From: Tubulanus polymorphus
Taxonomy: Eukaryota > Animalia > Nemertea
Direction: 5' to 3'
NCBI RefSeq assembly: GCF_964204645.1
Contig: NC_134033.1
Location: 13,834,655 to 13,898,654 of the forward strand
Length of the DNA stretch: 64,000 bases
The position numbers were made by a program, and so were the translations under genes. Shown here one piece after another: positions 25,701 to 37,011 of this stretch. A model generated the notes under the pieces. The model saw nothing but the letters and a program-made list of their open reading frames with translations, was not told the origin of the DNA and did not search any database. The number at the start of each line of letters is the position of its first letter. Within the stretch, counting starts at the first letter, position 1.

Positions 25701-26372
25701 ACGATGACATTTGGAACGCTGCACAGGTTTAATATCATTCAAAACTTACAGCTAGTTTTACCCAATCCACTGTCTCTTCTTCCAAGATGGTTACCTGTAA
25801 TGATGTTTTGTTTTTCAAGATACAAATGGTTCAAGAAGGTAAAATGCACTGTTTTCTGAGGATGTACTGGGCGAAGAAAATACTAGAATGGTCAGAAACG
25901 CCACAGGGGGCGCTGTCAACAGCTATCTATCTCAACGATCGATATGAATTGGACGGCCGCGATCCTAACGGATATGGAGGTTTGTTCATGCAGGAATCTG
26001 GAAAAAAAATGATTGTTCATTGTTTCCAGATAAAATGGAAACTTCAACATTCGATTTCAGTTGCTAATCTTCGACCTTTGATGTTAATTCTCTAATACGG
26101 TTAAGGGTTTTCAGAGTATCCTTCTACTAGATTTAAAACTTCGAATCTAAATCGCTGACCTTCATTCCAAGGATACATTTTATCATGCATTCACAACTTT
26201 TGAACGTTGAAATTTCTTTTTTAAAGGTTGCGCATGGGCAATTTGCGGAGTACACGACCGTGAGTTCGGCGAACGAGACATCTACGGTAAAGTACGTTAC
26301 ATGAGCTACAGAGGCTGCCAGGGGAAATTCGACGTGGGACACTTCGTTAGACAGTATACGAAAAAACTATGA
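22736..26372 (+). CDS. phr: Class II CPD photolyase
   Basis: Ten exons (22736-22982, 23234-23365, 23487-23632, 24040-24222, 24395-24556, 24768-24966, 25368-25520, 25605-25726, 25820-25979, 26227-26372). They give [77 protein letters not shown] and GKVRYMSY. The start codon is uncertain. Confidence 0.93.
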
Positions 26373-27174
26373 CCCACATGAACACGTGAAATTGACTTTT
26401 GGGCTACGTAATAAACTACGACCGCAAATCGGGTTTTTCACTCAAATTACGCATGGTTACGGGTGATACTTTCAGAATATTTTTGTGTTTATCTAGAAAC
26501 TCATCTTACGGGTAGAAATGTTTCATCATACGGGTATACGAAAGTGTTTTTTTTTGTAATGTAAATCGATTTTTCAGTAGAAATAAAATAAGATTCGATA
26601 AAAATATGAGTGAAGTTTTTTCGGTGTTTGTTGCGTTGGAAACGACTAATCGATGTTGTACGAAGTCTGCCACGCTCCCTCCCAGGCTCCCATGCTTCCC
26701 GAGTACATGATCTAATCTTTTACATCCATCCTTCCTGCGTAGCTGCTTTATAGTCTGGAGGCTTGATATTTCTTTTTAACCCGCTACCTCGATCCACCCT
26801 GATAAAGTGCAGTAGTGACCGATCAGTCCCTGATAAGGTGCAGAAGTGACCGGCCAGTATTTGAGGCACGTCCGAAGCTTAACGCCCACCTTTCTACACA
26901 CACTTCAGATCTATGCACGCGTTTGCCAAAAACACTCCGTCCAAATCGGTTATTTGTAAAAAAAAAACAATTGCAGCTCTGCGATTATTTATATACACAC
27001 AACAGTCGAAAAAATATATATTAAATACATATTGACTAGTCCTACTTTTTTGACATCATCAAACGCAATTATATATATATATTGGTAGCAATGCAAATAA
27101 GGCTCGTTCCCATATTACAAAGATCCAACACACGCGCACACATCCTGGTAGTCAAGGTGGAAGAAGCAGTGAGC

Positions 27175-30041
27175 ATGTCGAAGTGGTATCTAACAGTGCT
27201 AGTTCTGTATGCGGGTTATGCCTTGATCAGCAGCACGACTGCGAGCCATGTAAGTTTCCAATTAAAAAGACTATTTGCTATTTACAGAACATCTTTCTTT
27301 CTCAAATTTGAATGCAGAGTAGATTTTTCTCGCAGCCTTAAATCAGTAGTCGTTTCCCACGAGGATTATTATAAGCTTACAGGAGGGCCTGGCAGAGAAA
27401 ACGATATCACCAATGCCTGGCCATGATGAACGGATGAACTTTTCGAATAGGCGATCACAAACTGGTTTCACTCCATCTTGTCAACTGGGCCGGGTAGTGT
27501 CCTTTCCCCATTTCAGACTTTGCATATTGTACCTGAACTTACCGCCAGTCGGACAGAATATATCCGTTTCATTCTCTATTCAGTGACCTTCGGGTGGTAA
27601 GCCTTTATAATCGGATGGGCAATATGTGGTTATGAATTTAATGTAATCGTCTCAAACTTATCGATTCAGAGGCGAATATTTCTAATGATTCTGCTATAAA
27701 TCTCTAGATTGACGGGAAACCGTGTCACGTGCCTTTGGGAACGATAAGAAAACTACAGATACGGGACTTGAACAGTGAAATACAGAATGTTAGACTGGAA
27801 TACGAAATCGATCTGAAATATGATTTACTGTTGGGATCATATCGATCTGGCTTCGTGCTTATTCAGAAAGGTTGGTAACTACGTATACTACTTCATCAAC
27901 GAGACAAATTACATCATTTATGCCTCAATTTTCCTAGTCCGCCCCTGATAATGTAAGCTCCTAGCGCCAGGTCTCTATGTGAAAACCCTGATTTTTGAAT
28001 TCCGGTTTTTTTTCAGAAAACGAAACTCGTTATTCCGTAAAATCTACAGACCGCGGTAAACCGACATGGATCCATACTTTCAACTTCCGGCGTCCTGGCA
28101 CTCGCAAATACACCGACGGCGAGCGAATTCGATTCGAATTGTACGTTCACGGAGGCGACACCTGCCAGCAAGTGTACCAACTAATACTACACGTATCATT
28201 GAATACCGATAACGAAGTTCAATATGTCAACCGCGAGTTACCGACGGTTGATATGTTTTCGGCGTCAACGCTGAATGTCCGACGGGGCGACAGTTTTGAG
28301 CTGCTGGCTGAAATATCATCGACGAACAAGAAGGAAACGATACTTGATATGGACGGCTGGGGTATAAGAGATCGCCAAAGGTCTCGTAATGAGGAGGAGC
28401 ACAAACGTCGAATGAATAACACAGGTACTTAAAACGATACAGGGGTTTCACGTTCTCCTCCTCTCGCATGGGGATACAAAACATCAGTAACTTCGTATTT
28501 ACGAGAAAAACGATCCGATTGTCGCAAAAAGCAGAACATGCTTCTATCGAAAAAACAAATTCAAACTCTAATCAGCCATGTGATCTTTGAGATGTTTTCC
28601 CATATTTTCAGCGAGAACGACCAAGTTCAATCTGCTTTCATGAATCTATCTAATTGCTATTTCATCATTTTCATGGTAGTGACGGAAAACTGGTTTGAAT
28701 CTGAAAACCGTGGCGTCGTCCGGGTCCATTTGGTGGCTTCTGACGTTGAGCCAGTCGACGAAGGACTTTATTGTTTAGGCGCTATGCCCCGACCGGAAGG
28801 AAACATAACTAATTTCGAGTGGCACGTAGGAGTGTGTTCGATGGTGAGGATCGAAGGCTCGAATACGTTCGGTAAAATTCGAAGGATACTCGTTTACGGT
28901 TCCAGCGTAGGAATAGCCCATTTCTATGACGACCCCGATAACGACACATGGACCTATTACAACGGTATAATACCTGTGTCCGATAAAGGTGACATGATAT
29001 CAATAATGGCATACGGCTGGCCGAAACCGTACATTCGCGTCGTGAAAGTAGACCAGTATTACCCTTATAACGGTGAGATATTTATGAAATCGATATGCAA
29101 CGTGGAGGAACAAGTGGCTAAATTTTGTATGTTGGTAAAAGGGTATGATGATGTCGGTCCTTATAGGATCGAAGTTGGCTACAACACTGTTTTAGAATCT
29201 AAGGAATTCCGCATCATTACTTATTCGCCTATTCGATTCGCAGAACCAACCACGGAACCTATTACGATAAACGACGCCGACGCGCCCAAGGATGTAAGTC
29301 GAAGAATAATTATCTGCATCGGGTTACATTATTCCCTCAAAAGATTGCGTAATTTGAACAAAAACGAATCATGCTTTCATAATATGCAGAGAGACGCCAT
29401 AAGTTAGATTTCGATGGAAGTTAATACGAAACTTGAGTGAAATTGTCGCAATAAACGGGTTTCGTATTATCCAAAGATTGATTGATATAAGTATATTAGC
29501 TGGGACATGATGGAAATGATTGTAATAAACGGGTTTCGTCTTGTAGAGAATCGTCTCAACGAGATTCATCTGTATTTATTTACGTGCACACTCAGATTTT
29601 TAAGAAAATTTAGAAATTCTCTCACTTTTCATAGCGTCGATTCTTTGAAAGGGTAGATGAAAAATGCCCCGAACATTTCCTGTAGAAAATAACCGGTAAC
29701 TTTTGTTTTGTTTCGTCTTTCTACAATATTTTCAGTTCACGCTGGAGTGCGAGGTGACGTCGAGACCACGCGCTAACGTCACCTTCTACATGGGCGAGAG
29801 TTACATACTGAGACACCTCTGGCGTCCGCGATACGGCGGCGCCACCAAGCTGCATGATTCACCGACAACACAGATCGAAATCTCAACGCACGGCAACCGA
29901 GTCAAGGCTAAACTGATCGTCAAAAATGTAAAGCCCAAAAATAAATACGAAACCGAACGCGCCTATGCCTGTTCAGCAACTACGAAATACCAGTCAGCTA
30001 TTAAACGATTAGTCGTCAAATGGCCGGAAAATATGAAATAA
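27175..30041 (+). CDS. Secreted multi-immunoglobulin-domain protein, copy A, ~521 aa
   Basis: Exons 27175-27249 (signal MSKWYLTVLVLYAGYALISSTTA), 27708-27870, 28017-28424, 28680-29293, 29736-30041, phase-consistent. Ig-like motifs LNVRRGDSFEL...DEGLYC, AYGWPKPYIRVVK...DVGPYRIEV and FTLECEVTSRPRANVTF...YACSAT. No TM segment. Confidence 0.75.
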
Positions 30042-30365
30042 TTGCTAGCGTGATCTTGTCAGTAACCAATGAGTAGAGCTTATATCATATATCGTATAAT
30101 CAAATATATAACTGTAAGGCTGAAGAGAGGCATGGAATAAAGTTGTACGAGAAATAAACGGAACTTGGGCGCTTATTTTGCTTGTATATTTGAAGGGGCC
30201 AAGGCGGGCTCGCCGAACCTACCATATAGTTCAATTGGGTATGGACCCAAAGAACGTGTTAGACTCCATGGATTGAGTGTCGATCTTAGAGATTTGATCA
30301 GGTGGCCTGGTTCAAGCCGGAGGTCCCGGCCTGAGGCCGTATTCACGAAGCACCCGTAAGCCTAT

Positions 30366-30542
30366 GGGTTAGGGTTTATACGTAGGGTTCAGAGGATTAG
30401 ATCGAGAGTTTGGGTTTTAGGGTTTAGGGGGTTCGGAGTTAAGAGGGTTAGAATTTAGAGGTTTAGGGTTTAGAGGGCTAGGCTCTAACCCTCTATACAC
30501 TAACCCTCAACCCTCTAAAACCTAGCCCTCTAACACTAAACC
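30366..30542. repeat. Degenerate (TTAGGG)n-(CCCTAA)n inverted array at the duplication junction
   Basis: GGGTTAGGGTTT/TTAGAGGG units up to ~30482, then CTAACCCT/CTAAACC units. Confidence 0.7.
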
Positions 30543-30995
30543 GGCTCAAGTATTGAATATGGAAAAGTAACGTAATGGCCTTTTCACCTGACGTACGCAC
30601 AATGCTGACCGAAGATCTGCCAATGGGCGACATAAAAATGATACAAATGTAAAATCGAATTTTTAGTAGAAAGAAAATCAGAAGTGACAAAATATGAATG
30701 AAGTTTTTTTCGGTCTTCGCTACGTTTGAAACGACTAATCGATGCTCTACAAAGTCTGGAACCACGCTCCTTCCCAGGCTCCAATATGAGGTTGTCCGGT
30801 TTCTCGAGTACACGATCTACACATGTAGCAGGCCAACAATCTTTTACATCCAAGCTATCATTGAAGATCGCACCGTGTTGCGTGTGTTGTTTCTCAGAAA
30901 ACACTGATGAGTCCATCAGGTTCTGGGTCATCTGCGTGGCTGCTTAAAGTATGGAGGCTTGACATTTCTTTTTAACCCCCTACCTCGATCCGCCA

Positions 30996-31175
30996 TGATA
31001 AGGTGCAGTAGTGACCGACCAGTCCCTGGGAAGGTGCAGTAGTGACCGACCAGCCCCAAGGTGCATGCAGTGGTGACCGACCAGTCCCTGGTAAGGTGCA
31101 TGCAGTAGTGACCGACCAGTCCCAAGGTGCATGCAGTGGTGACCGACCAGTCCCTGATAAGGTGCAGTAGCGACC
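30996..31175. repeat. ~30-34 bp minisatellite (AAGGTGCA[TGCA]GTAGTGACCGACCAGTCCC), about six units upstream of Ig copy B
   Basis: The homologous site in copy A (~26800-26852) has only two units. Confidence 0.9.
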
Positions 31176-31483
31176 GGCCAGTATTTGAGGCACGTCCGAA
31201 GCTTAACGCCTACCTTTCTACACCTAACACTTATATTTGATCTATGCACGCGTTTGCCAAAAACACTCTTTCCATATTGATTATTTGTAAAAAAATTGCA
31301 GCTCTGCGATTACTAATGTACACACACAACAGTTGACAAAATATATATTAACTTGTCCTACTTTTTTGACATCATCATAAATTGGTAGCAATGCAAATAA
31401 GGCCGACATATTCGTTCCCATATTGCAGAGATCCAACACACGCACGCACACTCCTGGTAGTCAAGGTGGAAGAGGCAGTGAGC

Positions 31484-34400
31484 ATGTCGAAGTGGTATCT
31501 AACAGTATTAGTTCTGTATGCGGGTTATGCCTTGATCAGTAGCACGACTGCGAGCCATGTAAGTTTCCAATTAAAGAGACTATTTGTTATTTACAGAACA
31601 TTTTTTTTCTCAAATTTAAATACAATGAGTAGATTTCCTTGCATCCTTAAGTCAGTAGTCGTTTGCCACGAGGATTATTATAAGCGTACAGATCAGGGCC
31701 TGATAGAATACGATTCCACCTTCAATGACTGGCCATGATGCCTATTGCATTATGAACGGGGTATAAACGATCCAATATTAAAACAGTTTTCAAAAGACCA
31801 AAATGACGTCATGCGCCAGCTGCTGCACGTGGTGGTGGCGGGCAAAATGCCGCGAACTCAATTATCATACTCGTTTGCCAGGTGCACCCGGTATCGCTCC
31901 CGGACTCGCTTCGGTGTTAGCTTAGTGGGTTCGAATCCCGGGTGAAGATTTCAACCACGGGAATCTCGTGTGAAACGACGCGGGTGAACTTTTCGAATAG
32001 GCGATCACAAACTGGTTTCACTCCATCTTGTCAACTGAGCCGGGTAGTGTCCTTTCCCCATTTCAGACTTTGCATATTGTACCTGAACTTACCGCCAGTC
32101 GGACAGAATATATCCGTTTCATTCTCTATTCAGTGACCTTCGGGTGGTAAGCCTTTATAATCGGATGGGCAATATGTGGTTATGAAAATAATGTAATCGT
32201 CTCAAACTTATCGATTCAGAGGCGAATATTTCTAATGATTCTGCTATAAATCTCTAGATTGACGGGAAACCGTGTCACGTACCTTTGGGAACGATAAGAA
32301 AACTACAGATACGGGACTTGAACAGTGAAATACAGAATGTTAGACTGGAATACGAAATCGATCTAAAATATGATTTACTGTTGGGATCATATAGATCTGG
32401 CTTCGTGTTTATTCAGAAAGGTTTGTAATTACGATTACTTAATCAACCAGAGAAATTTCATCATTTTTACGTATCGTGCATATTGAATTCTGACGTTGTT
32501 CGCTCATCATTAGAAGTGCACCAGATAGACCCTAGTAATACACTTTTAGGGGGTGCTTAGGTCTTTGGTCCAATTTGAATTTGAAATTTGCCTGTTTTTA
32601 AGGATGTTTTCCTTAAAATCATCTTATCATCGTGGGTGATAAGATAACCCTGCACTGTGGCCTTCCGTATATGGCTGCTTTATCGGAGCTTCACTTTCTC
32701 GATCCTTAACCCGGCCTTCCAATTTCCTAGATCCGCCCCTGATGTTGTAAGATCCTAGCGCCAGTTGTGAAAAACCTGATTTTTGAATTTCGGTTTTTTT
32801 TCAGAAAACGAAACTCGTTATTCCGTAAAATCTACAGATCGCGGTAAACCGACATGGATCCATACTTTCAGTTTCCGGCGTCCTGGCACTCGCAAATACA
32901 CCGACGGCGAACGAATTCTATTCGAATTGTACGTTCACGGAGGCGACACCTGCCAGCAAGTGTACCAACTAGTATTACACGTATCATTGAATACCGATAA
33001 TGAAGTTCAATATGTCAACCGCGAGTTACCGACGGTTGACATGTTTTCGGCGTCAACGCTGAATGTCCGACAGGGCGACAGTTTTGAGCTTCTGGCTGAA
33101 ATATCGTCGAGGAACACGAAGAAAATGATGCTTCCTATGGACGGCTGGGGGTTAAGCGATCGCCAAAGGTCTCGTAATGAGGAGCACATACGTCGAATGA
33201 ATAACACAGGTACTTAAAACGATACAGGGGTTTCACGTTCTCCTCCTCTCGCAGGGGATACAAAACATCAGTAACTATTTACGAGGAAAATGATCTGATC
33301 GTCGCAAGTAGCAGAAAATGTTAACTCCACGATTCTTTATAATAAAAGCCAAATGTGATCTTTGAGATGTTTTCCCATCTATGTTCAGCGAGTACAACCA
33401 AGTTCAATCTGCTTCCATGAATCTATCTGATTTCTATTTCGTAATTTTCATCGTAGTGACGGAAAACTGGTTTGAATCTGAAAACCGTGGCGTCGTCCGG
33501 GTCCATTTGGTGGCTTCTGACGTTGAGCCAGTCGACGAAGGACTTTATTGTTTAAGCGCTATACCCCGACCGGAAGGAAACGTAACTAATTTCGAGTGGC
33601 ACGTAGGAGTGTGTTCGACGGTGAGGATCGAAGGCTCGAATACGTTCGGTAAAGTTAGAAAGATACTCGTTTATGGTTCCAGCGTAGGAATAGCCCATTT
33701 CTATGACGACCCCTATAACGACACATTGACCTTTTACAACGGTATAATACCTGTGTCCGATAAAGGTGACATGATATCAATAGTGGCATACGGCTGGCCG
33801 AAACCGTACATTCGCGTCGTGAAAGTAGACCAGTATAACCCTTATAACGGTGAGATATTTATGAAATCGATATGCAACGTGGAGGAACAAGTGGCTAAAT
33901 TTTGTATGTTGGTAAAAGGGTATGATGATGTCGGTCCTTATAGGATCGAAGTTGGCTACAACACTGTTTTAGAATCTAAGGAATTCCGCATCATTACCTA
34001 TTCGCCTATTCGATTCGCAGAACCAACCACGGAACCTATTACGATAAACGACGTCGACGCGCCCAATGATGTAAGTCGAAGAATAATTATCTGCATCGGG
34101 TTACATTTATTCTCTCAAGAGATTGCGTAATTTGAACAAAAACGAACCATGCTTTCATAAAATGCAGAGATGCCATAAGTAAGATTTCAATGGAAATGAG
34201 TTAATACGAATCTTTGAAAGGGTAGATTAAAAATGCCCTGAACTTTTCCATAGAAAATAACCGGTAACTTTTGTTTGGTTTCATCTTTCTACATATTTTC
34301 AGTTCACGCTGGAGTGCGAGGTGACGTCGAGACCACGCGCTAACGTCACCTTCTACATGGGTGACAGTTCCATGCTGAGACAGTACTGGCGTCCGCGATA

Positions 34401-34596
34401 CAGCGGCGCCACCAAGCTGCATGATTCACCGACAACACAGATCGAAATCTCAACGCACGGCAACCGAGTCAAGGCTAAACTGATCGTCAAAAATGTAAAG
34501 CCCAAAAATATCTACGAAACCGAACGCGCCTATACCTGTTTAGCAACTACGAAATACCAATCAGCTATTAAACGATTAGTCGTCAAATGGCCCTGA
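31484..34596 (+). CDS. Secreted multi-immunoglobulin-domain protein, copy B
   Basis: Same five-exon structure as copy A with the reading frame intact. It stops 4 codons earlier (TGGCCCTGA versus TGGCCGGAAAATATGAAATAA). Confidence 0.75.
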
Positions 34597-34772
34597 AAAT
34601 ATGAAATAATTGCTTGCGTGATCTTGTCAGTAACCAATGAGTAGAGCTTATATCATATACCGTATAATCAAATATATAACTGTAAGAGAGCCCTTTATCG
34701 TGGAATCATGGAATAAAGTTGTACGAGAAATAAACGGAACTAGGACGCTTGTGTGTTTGTCGGGGCCAAGGC

Positions 34773-35103
34773 CATCCTCGCTTGCCAGGGATCCGGTATC
34801 ACTCCCGAACTCGCTTCCACCAGCCCCCTGGCCTCACGAAGCGTGATTTCATTACTGGCGCTGTTGCGCGTGACGTCATATATCGATTTGCGAAATACTT
34901 CCTTGTTCGGTAAAACGTTCGCTGATTGGTTAATTTAACGGGAAAACCAACTACTGACCGTCTACTGACGGTTTGTTACAAGCGCTGTGATTGGTACGAC
35001 CGGATTCTGATCGGCTAGTAACGACTATAACGACTCGTGAGGTCAAGGGGTTCGGGGAACAGCTTTAGCGTAGTGGGTTCGAATCCCTTGACGGGTGAAG
35101 ATG
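34773..35103 (+). mobile_element. ~331-bp MITE with a 9-bp TSD (GGCCAAGGC)
   Basis: TSDs at 34764-34772 and 35104-35112. The paralogous empty site with a single GGCCAAGGC is at ~30197 in unit A. Confidence 0.93.
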
Positions 35104-35230
35104 GGCCAAGGCGGGCTCACCGAAACCTACCGTATAGGATATGGACGGCGAAGAACGCGTTAGAGTCCATGGATTGGGTGTCAATCTTAGAGATTTGACC
35201 AGGTAACGTCCAGTTCCTAATATTCCCCTG

Positions 35231-35360
35231 GACCCGGTTTCACGAACGGGAATTAACTTTTGATTCGAATTACGTGATAATTCGAATCAAAAATGCTTAA
35301 TTCGAATTAGACAAAATTAATTCGAATTACAGACTTAATCCCCATTCGTGAAATCGGGCC
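35231..35360. mobile_element. Palindromic MITE flanked by CTG; relatives at 46386-46548 and 47387-47494
   Basis: CTG|GACCCGGTTTCACGAA...TTCGTGAAATCGGGCC|CTG. The two relatives also have GGC/GAC TIRs and CTG on both sides. Confidence 0.75.
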
Positions 35361-36199
35361 CTGTAGAGAGGTGCTGGATCAAAACCTAATCCATCATAAC
35401 GCTCAGATTTAATATATTTCTCTAAAGCGTCATCATTGATGCGATGATTTAATTAGGTTTAACTCAAATGAATAGAAATATCTGGGGACCGCGAGTTAAT
35501 GCAAAAGCAGTGAATTTGTACTAAATGAAATCAATGTAACACAATTTCAAAAAAAAATTTCATTCTAATTGAACGGTTATGTGAAAATTCTAATTTTTCG
35601 GAATCGCTTGTGGTGCCAAAGTATAAAACTTTTCTTAAAATTCTTTGGAAGAATGCTCAGACGGTCAAAGAATCCACGCATACCGAGAAATATCATCAGT
35701 AGTCTAAATATCAGATAATCTTATTGTTTCTTTCTGATCTGTTTTTAATCCTAGGTCGATTTATTGGTCAGGTATTTTAGAGCGACGCACGTTAAAAATT
35801 GTTTTCATCTAAATTGTGATAGCGACTCGGAATTTCAAAGCTTAGTAAGAGTCGGAAATAGGTGGAGGATCAGTATCAGTCGGTCGTATTACATATCACA
35901 ATTTGCATATTACTGCCATGTCGGGAAAATGCATTTTCTAATACGAAACGATATTCGCAAAAAACGGAACAACTTCAGTTTAAGACTATATTATCAAATG
36001 TATAATAATTCACTTATTAATCATTAAATAAATCAAGCAATAATCCAATACAAAAACATACAAATTGAAATGATTATTTCTATTACTAAAGATCGACTAC
36101 ATCTACAAATAATTCCTAATGTTATCGATTGTTACGAATAAAGTTTTATGAATATGAGTGTTGGCCTGTTTAATAAACGCAGTTACCCTAGTGTTGGCC

Positions 36200-36509
36200 T
36201 GTTGCACCGTGGTTTAACCACCACGTGCTGCCACCTGGTAGCAAGTGAAATGACGTAAAACCGTGAAACTACTACGAAGGAATCCCGTCGACGATGACGT
36301 CAATAAGTGGGAAATTCCTGACATATTTCACGGCCATCTTTCGAAAGGAGAGAGCTACGCGGCGTGAGCCAGGGGGACTTTTTGGGGGTTATATTCTCAA
36401 AATTCGACCGGCTCGACGTTAAATCTGGCTTCACATAAAGCACCGCGAGCATTTAATCCGGATTAAACCAGAAAAACTGATAGAATTCTCATCCGAAACG
36501 ACGAAAAAG
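36200..36509 (+). promoter_or_regulatory. Probable promoter and non-coding first exon of angiomotin
   Basis: CpG-rich patch with an E-box CACGTG (~36222), CRE-like TGACGTAA/TGACGTCA (~36251, 36296) and GGGAAATTCC (~36309), followed by a donor AAG|GTCAGT at 36510. The link to angiomotin is inferred. Confidence 0.4.
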
Positions 36510-37011
36510 GTCAGTGAAAAGCAGCCAAGCGCTTTGTTTTTGTTTTTTTGGAAGTTTTCCATCTTCTGTGTATGAATGTTAAGATGTATTTAAAGGGATT
36601 AGGTGAAGCTATTGTGTCCCATATCGATTTATTTCTGGTTCGGTGGTGTTAAGGTTAAATCTAGTCTGCAGGGGGGGGGGGCTGGCCGGGGGTCGTTATA
36701 AATCCTGGGCTGATCTACAAAAATGGGAAGGCGGCAGGGCCGAGTCCAGCAGCAGAGGAAATGGACAGTCTATCATTTTTCAGATAAAGCAGGGGCATCA
36801 TCGGCTATTAGCGGAGTCCAACTCTCAAGGTTTAGAGAAAAACATACAAGAATATACAATTTAGGCTACAAGAGAATGAATGTCAAATTTGTAGGTTTAA
36901 TGATTCGGATCCTCACTTGATGAAAAGGGCAATTCAATGAGAAGGCAGGGACGTTCCCAACCCTGAGACCACCTCTATCTGCCACTGCGTGTCACATGAC
37001 AAATAGGCCTA

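Larger units (their letters stand above)
26555..35203 (+). repeat. Tandem segmental duplication: unit A ~26555-30302, unit B ~30646-35203
   Basis: Upstream region, exons, introns and 3' flank are collinear (both end ...TCTTAGAGATTTGA.CAGGT). Unit B is longer through insertions. Confidence 0.92.

Noticed and set aside
27517-27596. In-frame TGA (FAYCT*TYRQ) as selenocysteine in the Ig genes
   Set aside because: Exon 1 splices in phase directly to 27708 without this segment, and I could not fold a SECIS shared by both 3'UTRs.
30928-31249. Repetitive Cys/His/Trp-rich minus-strand ORFs
   Set aside because: Translations of the 30-34 bp minisatellite.
35060-35100. GGTTCGAATCCC as a tRNA gene or tRNA-derived SINE
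   Set aside because: There is no cloverleaf and no tail, and it sits in the terminus of a TSD-flanked element.
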